A stretch of 64,000 nt of DNA from Deferrisomatales bacterium (GTDB taxonomy: Bacteria > Desulfobacterota > Deferrisomatia > Deferrisomatales > JACRMM01), in contig JAWSUI010000017.1 of assembly GCA_033551855.1 (NCBI GenBank), positions 1-64,000 of the forward strand, in the 5' to 3' direction. Shown here one piece after another: positions 47,858 to 57,853 of the stretch. The notes under the pieces were generated by a model that worked only from the letters and a program-made list of their open reading frames with translations, did not search any database and was not told the origin of the DNA. A program made the position numbers and the translations under genes. The number at the start of each line of letters is the position of its first letter. Positions within the stretch are counted from its first letter, which is position 1.

Positions 47858-48631
47858 CTACCGTGCCTGCCCCACCGGACACGCGGCCTGACAGGCCCAG
47901 CAAGAGTAGTAGATCCCGGTCATGAAATTCTGCCACAGGTCGAGGGACCGCTGGCCGGCCAGCAGGCTCTCGCGCTCGTCGGCCGTCGCCCCGGCGACGT
48001 CCGCCAGGAACCCTCGCCAGGCCCGAAACCCCCCGGCGGCGAAGATCCGGTCGCCGCACGCCTTCTTGTTCACCCGGCCGTCGCCGGTGAGGGCCCCCGC
48101 CGGGCACGCCTCCACGCAGCGGCCGCAATGGGTGCAAGGGCTCTCGGCCAGGGGCGGGGTCGCCTCGACCCCGGCGTCCACCAGGACTCCGGCCAAGCGC
48201 ACCGCCGTGCCGTGGGACGGGGTCACCAGGAGTCCGCAGTCCCCCCCGCCTCCGAGCCCGGCCTGGACCCCTGCCTCTCGCCAGTCCACCGGGCCCCGCA
48301 TGCCGTTCTTGGGCGGCGCCATGTCGATCGGGAGGAAGCCGGGCACGGCGACCGCCCGGTGGCCCCGGCCCTCGAACCACCGCACCAGGGCGTGGGCCGC
48401 CGCGGCCACGGCGTCGTAGGTGTGGCGGGTGTCGAACTGGGCCACCTGGACGTTTTCCGATGCGATCGCCGCCCGCCCGTGGGGCGCGGCCACCACCACC
48501 ACGTGGGACGCTCCGGGGAGAATGCATTCGATCTCCTCGCGGTTTCGTGGCAACGATGCCACCGGTGCTGCGCCGATGAGGGGGGCACCGCTGCGCGCGG
48601 CCAGGGTGTTGAGCTCGGAGATGGGGATCAT
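47858..48631 (-). CDS. Epoxyqueuosine-reductase-like 4Fe-4S protein
   Basis: AGLG..G...L.VTP.HG, CTHCGRCVEACP, CWACQAACP. Confidence 0.8.
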   Translation of the reverse strand: MIPISELNTLAARSGAPLIGAAPVASLPRNREEIECILPGASHVVVVAAPHGRAAIASENVQVAQFDTRHTYDAVAAAAHALVRWFEGRGHRAVAVPGFLPIDMAPPKNGMRGPVDWREAGVQAGLGGGGDCGLLVTPSHGTAVRLAGVLVDAGVEATPPLAESPCTHCGRCVEACPAGALTGDGRVNKKACGDRIFAAGGFRAWRGFLADVAGATADERESLLAGQRSLDLWQNFMTGIYYSCWACQAACPVGQAR

Positions 48632-48704
48632 GGGACATCTCTCCTTCTCGGTGGGACCCGGTACCCGAGGAGTCTTCGGAGCCCAGTAGTTTGTCGGGTC
48701 CGAC

Positions 48705-49273
48705 TCACGGGGGCTCAATCGTTCCTGCAAGCGCAAGCTTGCCCGAATCGGCCCGGCGCAGCACCACGGGCTGGCCCGACCGGGGGTAGACGCCCGTGAG
48801 CGCCGTGATGTTGACCTGATGGGTGACCAGCACCAGGGGCTCGCCCAGAGGCTGGCCGGCGAGCCACTCCCGGAGCGCGCGGGTCTGCTCCGCTCCGCGC
48901 TCCGTACTGGCAAAGAAGGAGCTCAGAGCGGGGAGCTCCGTCACCGGCCCGAGCCCGAGGAGCCGCGCCGTCTCCAGACAGCGGCACGACTGGCTGGAGA
49001 ACACCCGGCCGACGGGATGCCGTTGGCGCGGAAGCGCGCCCCGATCCGCTCCGCCTGTGCGCGGCCTTCCTCCGAGAGGTTTCGCTGCGTGCCGCAGTCG
49101 CCGAGGGCGAACCCCGGCGGGTCCCCCGTGCCCGGCGCGACCGCGTGCCCTCCCGAGCGCAGCGCCGCCCAGAGCTCCGGCTCCGCTTCCGCGGCACCAG
49201 GGGCCGCGCGGAGCAGGCAGGCCAATGCCGCCGCGCCGAGCGCCCCCGCAACCTTCAGGTCCGGACGTGACAC
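48705..49273 (-). pseudogene. Histidine-phosphatase-family protein, frameshifted and lacking the RH motif
   Basis: LWAALRSGGHAVAPGTGDPPGF..CGTQRNLS; frame change near 49006; then VFSSQSCRCLETA...LVTHQVN. Confidence 0.75.
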
Positions 49274-49295
49274 GAGTTCCTCCGACGCCCCGCGC

Positions 49296-49829
49296 TCACG
49301 GCACCGCTCGCCCACTTCCTCCCCGAATGACGCGAAAGCGGTTCTGTGGGGCCAGAAGCTCCAGCGTCACGTCGCGCGGCCGGCGCCCGTCCAGTGGGCT
49401 GCAGGGGGTCTCTGCCAACCGCAGGGACCAATCGAAGAGACTCAAGTCAGGCCTCTCGTTCCACGAGACCTTCAGCATGGCGGCGAAATCGTTCAGGGTG
49501 CCCAGCACGCTGCGGCTCCGGGTCGGCCCGAAGGCCATCGGAATCATCCGCCCGCGTTCTCGGTCCGCCGCGTCGGATGGAACACCAAGCTCGGCAAGGA
49601 TGTCGCCCACGAGCCGTGGAAACTGGGAGGGGAAGTCCCGGAGCCACCGGGCCGAAGCGACCACAGGAAGCCGGCTCCGCTCGCTGACGCAAAGGAGCAC
49701 GTGAGCGCCCTTCAGGAAGAGGATGTTCGCGTACCAGTCCCCCAGAACATTGTCCCCCGGCGGCGGGTCCGGGGGGCGTTCCACGCCGAAGCGTTTCAGG
49801 AACTTCGCGGTGCACCGCAGAGTTGTCAC
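49296..49829 (-). CDS. DUF6933-like hypothetical protein
   Basis: LRCTAKFLK...LGDWYAN...T.SRSVLGTLN; GTGA-coupled to the hsdR remnant. Confidence 0.7.
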   Translation of the reverse strand: MTTLRCTAKFLKRFGVERPPDPPPGDNVLGDWYANILFLKGAHVLLCVSERSRLPVVASARWLRDFPSQFPRLVGDILAELGVPSDAADRERGRMIPMAFGPTRSRSVLGTLNDFAAMLKVSWNERPDLSLFDWSLRLAETPCSPLDGRRPRDVTLELLAPQNRFRVIRGGSGRAVP

Positions 49830-50311
49830 CCCACCTCCTCGGCCGTCTTCCCCCGATCCTCTGCAATCGCCCGGAACTGTTCCACCGCGGCCTCCAGGAT
49901 CTCTGCCAGGTGGTCGGGCCGGTGGAAGGCGAACACGTTGCGCGCCCGGGGCTCCGGGTCGAGCCGGTGGGTGACTCGGGTCTCGACGCCGGTGGATTGG
50001 TAGTGGAAGGGGAGCGGCCGGTGCCAGGCCGGGAGCGCGGCGGGCAGACCCTCGGTGTACTTGCGGGACTGGACCTCGACGCCGGAGAGGGTGGCGCCCG
50101 CCTTCTTGGCCTCGATGACCCCGGCGGCCTTGCCGTCTACGTACAGCAGATAGTCGGCGGTGCCGTGGCCCGGCGCCAGAGGGAACTCGCGGAGGGCGAC
50201 GCCCCGGCCGGCGTGGATGTTCGCCGCCTTGGCGTCGAAGACCTGCCACCCCGCTCTTGCCAGCAGGGCGTCGATGGTCTCTCGCGCCCTTGGCTCGGGA
50301 TGGGGCGCCAA
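49826..50311 (-). pseudogene. Truncated type I hsdR N-terminus fused to an hsdM-like C-terminal tail
   Basis: PE..AR..ID..L..AGW, ADYLLYVDGKAAGVIEAKK, FAFHRPD then LAEILEAAVEQFRAIAED. Confidence 0.75.
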
Positions 50312-50483
50312 GAAGTCAGACCCGCCTTTTCAACATCCAGACGCGACCCCCTCGTCTCGCATGGTTGCCGGTTTCCGTCGTTCGGACATCGGCTCTTGGC
50401 GGGAACGACGGTGCGGAAACCCTTCTACCTGTCGTCGGTCCCCGGCGTCAACGGAAGGTGCCGTCCACGGAAGGCGCCGTCCA

Positions 50484-50547
50484 GGATCCGGCACCTACGT
50501 TGTGGGCGGAGTCCAGGAGCCCCTTCGCTTCGGCCCGCAGTCCGCGA
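50484..50547. repeat. Degenerate partial copy of repeat family A
   Basis: GGATCC...GCGGAGTCCAGGAGCCCCTTCGCTTCGGCCCGCAGTCCGCGA. Confidence 0.55.
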
Positions 50548-50633
50548 GAAGGTCGAGCGTGGGCGAGGTGAATCGCTCCCTCCGCAGACAGGTGAGGCCG
50601 TCGGAGGCCGCCTGTGCGCCGTGCCCGGCGCAC

Positions 50634-50664
50634 AAAAAAGCGGGCCCCTTGCGGGGCCCGCTTT
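50634..50664 (-). terminator. Intrinsic terminator of cspA
   Basis: AAAGCGGGCCCC-loop-GGGGCCCGCTTT with T-run on the minus strand. Confidence 0.85.
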
Positions 50665-50687
50665 CCGGTCGCCTGTGGGGCGTGCCG

Positions 50688-50891
50688 TCAGACCGGACGG
50701 ACGTTCGAGGCCTGGGGGCCCTTCTGGCCCTGGGTGGCGTCGAACTCCACGGTCTGGCCCTCGGTGATGGTCTTGAAACCCTCACCCTGGATGGCGCTGA
50801 AGTGCACGAAGAGGTCGGCCCCCCCGTTCTCGGGGGTGATGAAGCCGAAGCCCTTCTGGTCGTTGAACCACTTCACGGTGCCTCTTGCCAT
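50688..50891 (-). CDS. cspA: Cold-shock protein
   Basis: GTVKWFN, KGFGFI (RNP1), LFVHF (RNP2). Confidence 0.97.
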   Translation of the reverse strand: MARGTVKWFNDQKGFGFITPENGGADLFVHFSAIQGEGFKTITEGQTVEFDATQGQKGPQASNVRPV

Positions 50892-51258
50892 GGTACTTCT
50901 CCTCTTTCTCGGGATGTCTCATCCCATGGTAGTGCAACTGCGATGGTCAGAGAATCCAGAGCGAGGAACCGATCCTGACGCCTGTATCTTCCATCCAATT
51001 GCTTCCGCGGCGCGTCATTGCGCCAAAATCAAAACAGGGAGAGGACTCGGTCGCCTCTCCCTGTTCGGGTCTGCACACCGGAGCTGCCCTCGCGCGCCTT
51101 CCTGCGACGCGCCGATTCGTGGGATCATAATCCGAAGTCGGCCCGGCCACAAGAGGAAAATCTTCGCGTGTCGGGAGAATGGTCGCCGAGGGGAAGAGGT
51201 GGCGGGGGAGGATTTCCCCGTGCGGCGGCGCGGCGGTGTCCAGGATGCTGGGGGGCCT

Positions 51259-51732
51259 TCACTCGCGAAGGAGGGGCTGGTCGTTCATGAACGGCACCCG
51301 CTCTGCAACGTGGCAGGCCCGGCAGGCCGCCCCGGCCTCGCGCAAGGCATCGACCGCCGCGCCGGCGTCTTTCCTGGCGAGCGCCTGGTCGAGGGCTTCC
51401 CAAGGGCGGCCGAGGAAGATCGCCTCGGCGCTCGGCCGCCTCGCGGGCCGCTTCATCAGGCCGTTCTCCACGGCCGTCGCGATCTTGCCCCAGTGGTAGT
51501 GCGCCAGCTCGAGGTTGCCGTCGCGGACCGCCTGGCGGACGTGCTCGAAGCGGAGGCCGGTCTCCAGCATTGCGCTCGAGAAGCCGCCCAGGTAGTGCTC
51601 CAGCCGCTCGACGCGCGTCGTCTCGTCGGCGCCGGTCAGCCAGCGGGAGTCCGTCGCCTTCGTGACGGCCCCCACCGCCGCCGCGGAAAGTCCGAGGAAC
51701 GTGCCGGCGAGCAGCCAGGTTGGAGTTCTCAT
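51259..51732 (-). CDS. Exported monohaem helical (class II-like) cytochrome c
   Basis: Signal peptide, C-terminal CRACH. Confidence 0.75.
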   Translation of the reverse strand: MRTPTWLLAGTFLGLSAAAVGAVTKATDSRWLTGADETTRVERLEHYLGGFSSAMLETGLRFEHVRQAVRDGNLELAHYHWGKIATAVENGLMKRPARRPSAEAIFLGRPWEALDQALARKDAGAAVDALREAGAACRACHVAERVPFMNDQPLLRE

Positions 51733-51976
51733 GGGGGACGTCCTTCCGGTGGGAAGCGGGGACGACGCCGTTCGGTGAATGCCCCTGGGGTCCGACCGGC
51801 TTCCCAGGGTAGGGCGGGACAGGGGGGAGCGCAAGTCGTCCCCTGCGAAGGCGGGAGCCGGAGGGTGGGGGATGCCTGGGTGGATTGACAGGGGAGTGCC
51901 TTGGGGTACGGTGGGGAAGGACGCGCCGGGAGGCCGGCGGCGGACGGAAGGGATGCCCGGTGGGCGAAGGGAACAG

Positions 51977-53155
51977 ATGCGAAGGTTTTCTTGGAGGGGT
52001 TCGCGACAGTCCTCGGGCTCCGCCGTGATCTTGGCCGGCGTTCTCCTCGCCGCGGCGGTGGAGGCGGTGGCGGCCGCCGACGTGTACCGCAGCGAGCTGC
52101 ACGCCTTCCGGGTGGAGGTGGTGGTGCGGGGCCTCGAGCACCCGTGGGGCATGGCGTTCCTGCCCGACGGGAGGCTGCTGGTCACCGAGCGGCCGGGGCG
52201 GCTGCGGATCGTGGTCGACGGGGCCCTGGACCCCCGCCCCCTGGAAGGTCTCCCCCCCGTTGCCGCCCATGGGCAGGGGGGGCTGCTGGACGTGGCCCTG
52301 CACCCGGACTTCGGGCGCAACCGCCTCGTCTACCTCTCCTATGCCGGGGCCGAGCGCGGAACCCTGGGCAGGCAGCTTCTCGGGACCGAGGTGGCCCGGG
52401 GCCGCCTGGAGGGCCACCGGCTCGCCGACGTGGAGGTGATCTTCCGCGCGGAGCCCAAGACGCCCGGAGGCCGCCACTTCGGCTCGCGGCTGGTGTTCGA
52501 CCGTCAGGGCTACCTCTTCGTCACCCTGGGCGACCGGGGGGAGATGGACCGGGCCCAGAGGCTCGACGACCACGCCGGCTCCATCGTCCGTCTCCACGAC
52601 GACGGGCGCGTTCCGGAGGACAACCCGTTCGTCTCCCGACCCGATGCACGTCCCGAGATCTACACCTACGGCAATCGCAACGTCCAGGGGGCGGTCCTCC
52701 ACCCCGACACCGGCGTGCTCTGGACCCACGAGCACGGCCCCCAGGGCGGCGACGAGATCAACGTGGTACGGGCCGGCACCAACTACGGCTGGCCCGTCAT
52801 CACGTACGGTGTGAACTATGTCACCGGCACCCGCATCGGTATCGGGACAGAGAAAGAGGGGATGGCGCAGCCGCTTCTCCATTGGACCCCATCCATCGCG
52901 CCGTCGGGTATGGCCTTCTACGACGGCGAGCGGTTCCCGCGCTGGCGCGGCCACCTCTTCGTGGGCGCCCTGCGGGGCGAGCACGTGGTCCGCGTGGAGG
53001 TGGAGGGGGAGGAGCGGGTCGTCCGGCAGGAGCGCCTCCTGGAAGGGGTGCTCGGCCGGGTGCGCGATGTGCGCAGCGGCCCCGACGGCTACCTCTACCT
53101 CCTGACGGACCACCCCGCCGGGGTGCTCGCCCGGCTGGTGCCCGCGGAGGGCTGA
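51977..53155 (+). CDS. PQQ-dependent sugar dehydrogenase (YliI/Asd-like)
   Basis: GLEHPWG, GQGGLLDV, HFGSRL, YGNRNVQG, EHGPQGGDE, SIAPSG. Confidence 0.93.
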   Translation: MRRFSWRGSRQSSGSAVILAGVLLAAAVEAVAAADVYRSELHAFRVEVVVRGLEHPWGMAFLPDGRLLVTERPGRLRIVVDGALDPRPLEGLPPVAAHGQGGLLDVALHPDFGRNRLVYLSYAGAERGTLGRQLLGTEVARGRLEGHRLADVEVIFRAEPKTPGGRHFGSRLVFDRQGYLFVTLGDRGEMDRAQRLDDHAGSIVRLHDDGRVPEDNPFVSRPDARPEIYTYGNRNVQGAVLHPDTGVLWTHEHGPQGGDEINVVRAGTNYGWPVITYGVNYVTGTRIGIGTEKEGMAQPLLHWTPSIAPSGMAFYDGERFPRWRGHLFVGALRGEHVVRVEVEGEERVVRQERLLEGVLGRVRDVRSGPDGYLYLLTDHPAGVLARLVPAEG

Positions 53156-53161
53156 GACCCC

Positions 53162-54457
53162 GTGGAGATGCCGTCGCGAGCGGGCAGCAGTGCAAGGCGC
53201 GCGCTCGCCTGCCTGGCGGCCGGGCTGGTGGCGGTCCTCGGCCCCAGGGGTCTCTCGGCAACCGAGATCCTGCTCCCTCCCTTCTTCTCCGTGGAGGCAG
53301 ATCTGCTCGAACGGGTGGGCGACGGGCAGTTCGGCACTCTGTTGGAGGTCCATCTACTCCAGTACGGTGTCGACCCGACCTGGCGGGCCGAGTGGGCACG
53401 ACACCGCTACGAGGGGAGCGGGTTCCTGATGCAGTACGGGTCCACCAGCGGCACCCGCCTGTACGTGGACGCGGAGATCGGCCTTCACCTTCCTCTCACG
53501 GACCGTCTCGGGGTGGGGTACGAGCGCCGCGAGTGGGAGGATGGCCGGTTCGAGCTATTCGACGAGCGACTGAGCGCCCACTGGTTCGTGACGGACGACT
53601 GGGCCGTCGTCGCCGCCGGGTGGCCGGCCCACCGGAAAGACGAGGCGTCCTTCGGACTGGGCGCCCAATGGGGATCCAGCCGGGACCGGTGGCTGCGCCT
53701 GGTCGTGCTCGACGAAGCCTTCGTCCACGAGCGCAAGGCGACCGGGGAGACGAGCTTCTCCAAACGACCGATCCGATACTTGGCGGACGGGTATCTGGAG
53801 CGAGGGGCGCTGGTCCTGCACGGCACCGCGAACTTGGGGGAGCCCTACCGGGCCGTGAACCGGCCCGAAGCGGCGGGAGAGCCGTCCTACCGGGGGGAGG
53901 GGCTTTCCGCCTACGGGACCCTGGGTGCCGAGCTGCGGGGCACGGACCGTGGCGTGGGCCTCCTGGGCCGGTTCGTCGTGGAGCGCCTCGCGCAGACGGA
54001 GATGCCGGTCGATGGCGAGCCCGCAAAGCTCGGGATGACGCGGGGCTGGACCCTGGTCCAGGCCCATGCCTGGCGCCGCCTCGGTCTCTGGGGGGGCACG
54101 GGGCTCCTGGGGTACGCGCGCCAGAGGGACGACCACGAGACCCCGGCGGAAGAGGGAACCTACCGGATGGACCAGGGGCTCTTCGGCCTCGAGGGGGCGT
54201 ACACCGGGTGGGATCCCCTGGAGGTTCGCGCAGGCTACCTGGGAAGCTATTCCCGGATGGTGCGGCGGGTCGAGGCCGCGGACCCGGACGTGACGCCGGC
54301 GTTGGAGGGCCGAAGCCGGGAGGGGTTCGCCGACAAGGTCCACCTGAAGGTCCTGTACCGTTTCCGGCCGCAGGTTGCCCTGGAGGCCCTGATCTCGAAG
54401 GAGGTCACGGGGGGCGGTTTCGGGGGGTTCGCGATGAAGGCCCTGGCGGTCTTCTGA
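53162..54457 (+). CDS. Putative outer-membrane beta-barrel protein
   Basis: Signal-like N-terminus, amphipathic strands, C-terminal Phe. Confidence 0.6.
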   Translation: MEMPSRAGSSARRALACLAAGLVAVLGPRGLSATEILLPPFFSVEADLLERVGDGQFGTLLEVHLLQYGVDPTWRAEWARHRYEGSGFLMQYGSTSGTRLYVDAEIGLHLPLTDRLGVGYERREWEDGRFELFDERLSAHWFVTDDWAVVAAGWPAHRKDEASFGLGAQWGSSRDRWLRLVVLDEAFVHERKATGETSFSKRPIRYLADGYLERGALVLHGTANLGEPYRAVNRPEAAGEPSYRGEGLSAYGTLGAELRGTDRGVGLLGRFVVERLAQTEMPVDGEPAKLGMTRGWTLVQAHAWRRLGLWGGTGLLGYARQRDDHETPAEEGTYRMDQGLFGLEGAYTGWDPLEVRAGYLGSYSRMVRRVEAADPDVTPALEGRSREGFADKVHLKVLYRFRPQVALEALISKEVTGGGFGGFAMKALAVF

Positions 54458-54687
54458 CGAGGTGCTGAAGAGCTCCCTCCCAGGGTTTTTCAGCCACGGG
54501 TCGACTCGCCCCGTCTCGGGGCTCGCCCTTCGGGCGTGCCGACGGCGCGACCGATTCCCCTGTCCAGGGGTCTCGTCTCGGGGACGGCCCCTTCGAACCC
54601 TCACGCAGGCTGCTTGTTCAGCAACGTGCGTGCAGGAAGTCCCGGCGGCGCACGGCCCACCCGCGCAACACCCGCAGGCAGGCAGGA

Positions 54688-56535
54688 ATGGACGTCCAGC
54701 GCAAGCGCACCTTCTACGACCCTTTCCCCGATTACGGGCGGCCCCGTCTGCGGCTGCCGGCCGACCGGCGCGAGCGGCTGCTCCGACGGCTCGCGTTCCT
54801 GTACGGGGAGGCCCGCGCGAAGGAGTGGCTTCCCGAGCTCGAGCGCATCCTCACCGTGCACGTCGCGCACAAACCCCCGGAGATGCACGAAAAGGAGAGG
54901 GGCTACGACCCCGCCGAGCGGTTCCACCAGGAGCACGAGGTCCTGATCACCTACGGGGACTTGGTGAAAGGGCAGGGGGAGACGCCCCTCTCGGTGCTCC
55001 ACGACTTCGTGGTCGCCCTCTACCCGGAGGCCATCAATACCCTCCACCTGCTCCCGTTCTTCCCATACTCCTCGGACCGGGGCTTCGCGGTGGTGGATTT
55101 CCGCCGGGTGGACCCGCAGCTCGGCTCCTGGGAAGACATCCGCCGGAAGAAAGCCTGTTACGACCTGATGTTCGATGCGGTCCTCAACCACTGTTCTTCC
55201 CAGAGCGAGATGTTCCTGGAGTTCCGGAACGATCACCCCGACTACCGGGAGTTCTTCATCGCCTTCGACTCCCCCGACGACCTGACGCCGGACCAGCGGC
55301 GCAAGATCTTCCGGCCGCGGACCAGCGACATCCTCACCCGTTTCGACACCCTGAGCGGGCCGAAGTGGCTCTGGACCACGTTCTCCGCGGACCAGATCGA
55401 CCTCAACTTCCGCAACCCGGCGGTGCTGATGCAGGTGATCGACAGCCTGCTCTTCTACATCCGTGGCGGCGCCGACCTGCTCCGGCTGGACGCCGTCACC
55501 TATCTCTGGGCGGAGCCCGGCACCGAGTCGGTGCACCTCCCCCAGACCCACGAGATCGTGAAGCTGGTTCGCGACGTGGTGGACGCCGTGGCCCTGGGGG
55601 TCGCCCTGGTGACGGAGACCAACGTGCCCTTCGACGACAACGTCTCCTACTTCGGCGACGGGTCGGACGAAGCCCACATGGTCTACCAGTTCACGCTCCC
55701 CCCCCTGGTCCTCCACGCCTTCTACCGGGAGGACGCGACGCTGCTGACCCGGTGGGCCGCCCAGGTGCACCCCCCTTCCGACCGGGCGACCTTCTTCAAC
55801 GTCCTGGACACCCACGACGGCATCGGCCTCGTGGGGGCGAAGGGGTTCCTCCCCCCCGGCGAGCTAGGCTTCGTCATCGAGACGGCGCGGGCGCGGGGGG
55901 CCTACGTCTCGTACAAGAGGACGGGGGAGCTCGAGGAGGAGCCCTACGAGATCAACTCCACCTGGTGGAGCGCCCTCGACCCCGGGGCTGGGGAAGAACC
56001 CCTGAAAACCAAGGTGCGTCGGTATCTGGCCACCCGAGCGGTGCCCCTGGTGCTGCAGGGGGTGCCGGGGATCTACGTGCACGGGGCGCTGGGAAGCCCC
56101 AACGACCACGAGGCGGTGAGGCGAAGCGGGGTCAAGCGCGACGTGAACCGCGGGTTCGTCGACGCGGACCGAGTGCGGGCCGACCTCCAGGACCCCCACT
56201 CCAAGCTCTCCCTCCTCCACCGGTGGGGAGGGCGCATGGCGCGCACGAGGGCCGGCCTGCGAGTCTTCCACCCCAACGGCCGTCAGAGGGTCCTCAGTCT
56301 CGCCCCCCAGGTCTTCGCGGTGTGCCGCTCCTCCCCGGAAGGGGACGAGCACCTGCTGGCCCTCATCAACGTGACCGGCGGCCCGGTGGCCCTCGCGGTC
56401 CCCCGAGAGAAGCTGCCCGAGCGGGCGGCCGCCTGGCGCGAGCTCCTCAGCGGCACCCACCTGACGGCAGACGCCGAGGCGCTGCGTGTGCCCCTCGAGC
56501 CCTACCAGGTGGCCTGGCTGGTCCCGGCGGCCTAG
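54688..56535 (+). CDS. GH13 sugar phosphorylase (sucrose/glucosylglycerate phosphorylase-like)
   Basis: LITYGD, HLLPFFPYSSDRGF, WTTFSADQIDLN, RLDAV, TETNVP, THDGIG. Confidence 0.92.
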   Translation: MDVQRKRTFYDPFPDYGRPRLRLPADRRERLLRRLAFLYGEARAKEWLPELERILTVHVAHKPPEMHEKERGYDPAERFHQEHEVLITYGDLVKGQGETPLSVLHDFVVALYPEAINTLHLLPFFPYSSDRGFAVVDFRRVDPQLGSWEDIRRKKACYDLMFDAVLNHCSSQSEMFLEFRNDHPDYREFFIAFDSPDDLTPDQRRKIFRPRTSDILTRFDTLSGPKWLWTTFSADQIDLNFRNPAVLMQVIDSLLFYIRGGADLLRLDAVTYLWAEPGTESVHLPQTHEIVKLVRDVVDAVALGVALVTETNVPFDDNVSYFGDGSDEAHMVYQFTLPPLVLHAFYREDATLLTRWAAQVHPPSDRATFFNVLDTHDGIGLVGAKGFLPPGELGFVIETARARGAYVSYKRTGELEEEPYEINSTWWSALDPGAGEEPLKTKVRRYLATRAVPLVLQGVPGIYVHGALGSPNDHEAVRRSGVKRDVNRGFVDADRVRADLQDPHSKLSLLHRWGGRMARTRAGLRVFHPNGRQRVLSLAPQVFAVCRSSPEGDEHLLALINVTGGPVALAVPREKLPERAAAWRELLSGTHLTADAEALRVPLEPYQVAWLVPAA

Positions 56536-56626
56536 GGGCTCACGGGTCCGGGAGAAATGACCCGAGGAACGGGGGTTGGTGCACCGTTTCCCGGTGGGGC
56601 GTCGAACGGCGGAGGCACCTTCCGGA

Positions 56627-57256
56627 TCAGCGCCCGTAGGCCGAGAGAAACACGTCCACAGCCCCCCGCACGATGTCATGCAGCTCTTCTCCCCCGGGGA
56701 GGGCGGCGCCGATCGACATGGTGAGGTGGCCTTTGAAGATGATCATCCCGAGAAAGAAAGCGGCCGCTCTCCCTGGGTTCTCCACCCGCAGCCTGCCCTC
56801 GTCGGTCTCCTTCCGGAAGTAGTCTGCCAGCCCCTCCATCGTGGTCTTCGGCCCGGACTCGTACCAGAGCCGTGCGAGGCTCGGGAGGGGCTTCGCGTTT
56901 GCCACCGCCAGCCGGTACTGGTTGATCGCGTTCTCGGAAAGAGCCAGTTCGGCGATTCCGTTCCCGATCCGCGTCAGGGCGTCCCTCGGGGTCGTCTGCA
57001 GCGGGGCAGCGAGGTCGATCTCACGGAGCATCTCGCGGGCGAGCGCCTCTACCACGGCCTTCATCACGCCTTCCTTGCTCCCGAAGAGCGCATACAGGGT
57101 CGACTTGGATCCCCCCGACACCCGGATGATGTCGTCCACCGTGACGGTCTCGTATCCCCTCTCCACGAACAGGGCGTAGGCCGCCTCGAGCATGGCCTGG
57201 CGGCGCCTCTCGCCTGCCGCGTTTCCGGGCGCTCTCCGCTCTTTTCTCCTTGCCAA
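56627..57256 (-). CDS. TetR/AcrR-family regulator
   Basis: HTH GYETVTVDDI..GGSKSTLYALFGSKE; AGGAGG then TTG start. Confidence 0.92.
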   Translation of the reverse strand: MARRKERRAPGNAAGERRRQAMLEAAYALFVERGYETVTVDDIIRVSGGSKSTLYALFGSKEGVMKAVVEALAREMLREIDLAAPLQTTPRDALTRIGNGIAELALSENAINQYRLAVANAKPLPSLARLWYESGPKTTMEGLADYFRKETDEGRLRVENPGRAAAFFLGMIIFKGHLTMSIGAALPGGEELHDIVRGAVDVFLSAYGR

Positions 57257-57334
57257 GGCGGTTCCTCCTGTTGTCGGGAAGTGCTTCGCTGCCCCCCGGC
57301 CGGGCCTGCCCCGGTGGAAGGCCGGGTCGCCGGG

Positions 57335-57351
57335 TACCGTACCGTACGGAA
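57335..57351. promoter_or_regulatory. Candidate TetR operator, tetR-proximal
   Basis: TACCGTACCGTACGGAA, downstream of a minus-strand TTGACC at 57369-57364. Confidence 0.7.
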
Positions 57352-57442
57352 CGGAAAAGAGTGGGTCAAGGGGGCGCCGGGGAGCGCCGGCGAGCCCCAT
57401 CGCCCTGCTCGGGTTCCGTGTCGTGTTCGACAGCAAGAAGAT

Positions 57443-57651
57443 GGTTCTTCCGGTAAACGACCGGGTGGGCCCGCCCACTCCGGCAGACGAGGCCGGGCTG
57501 CACGGTAGGTGTTCTCCCCCGCCGCGTCCGGAATCCTCGCGACATCGCGACTCCCGAAGCGGCTGCTCACGTCGAGCGGCCGTCCGCCTACGTGGTCGGG
57601 CCCACCCGATCGTCCCTGGACACGAGTACCCGGTCATTTCCCGGATGAACC
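57443..57651 (-). repeat. MITE-like repeat family B, copy 2
   Basis: Reverse-complement match to 42496-42704, same length. Confidence 0.9.
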
Positions 57652-57662
57652 AAAAAGATCCA

Positions 57663-57722
57663 TTGACACCATGGGGAACTGTACCGTACAGTCCCCTCTA
57701 GACAGTACTGTACCGTACAGTA
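57663..57722 (+). promoter_or_regulatory. Promoter with two candidate TetR operators
   Basis: TTGACA 57663-57668, 18-bp spacer, TACAGT; ACTGTACCGTACAGT at 57678-57692 and 57707-57721. Confidence 0.8.
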
Positions 57723-57853
57723 TTGAAAGGCAGTCGTCGAGGCGCGCCCCAGGAACGCCTGCCGGATCCCCCTGGCTGCCTTCGTCCCATCCCGGGTGGC
57801 ACGAAGGGCAGGGGGAAAGGCCCCCCTGTGCTCAACCGTGAGAGGAGTGTGAC

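Noticed and set aside
50892..51130. cspA 5' UTR thermosensor RNA
   Set aside because: A long leader is plausible, but no structure or TSS can be established from sequence alone.
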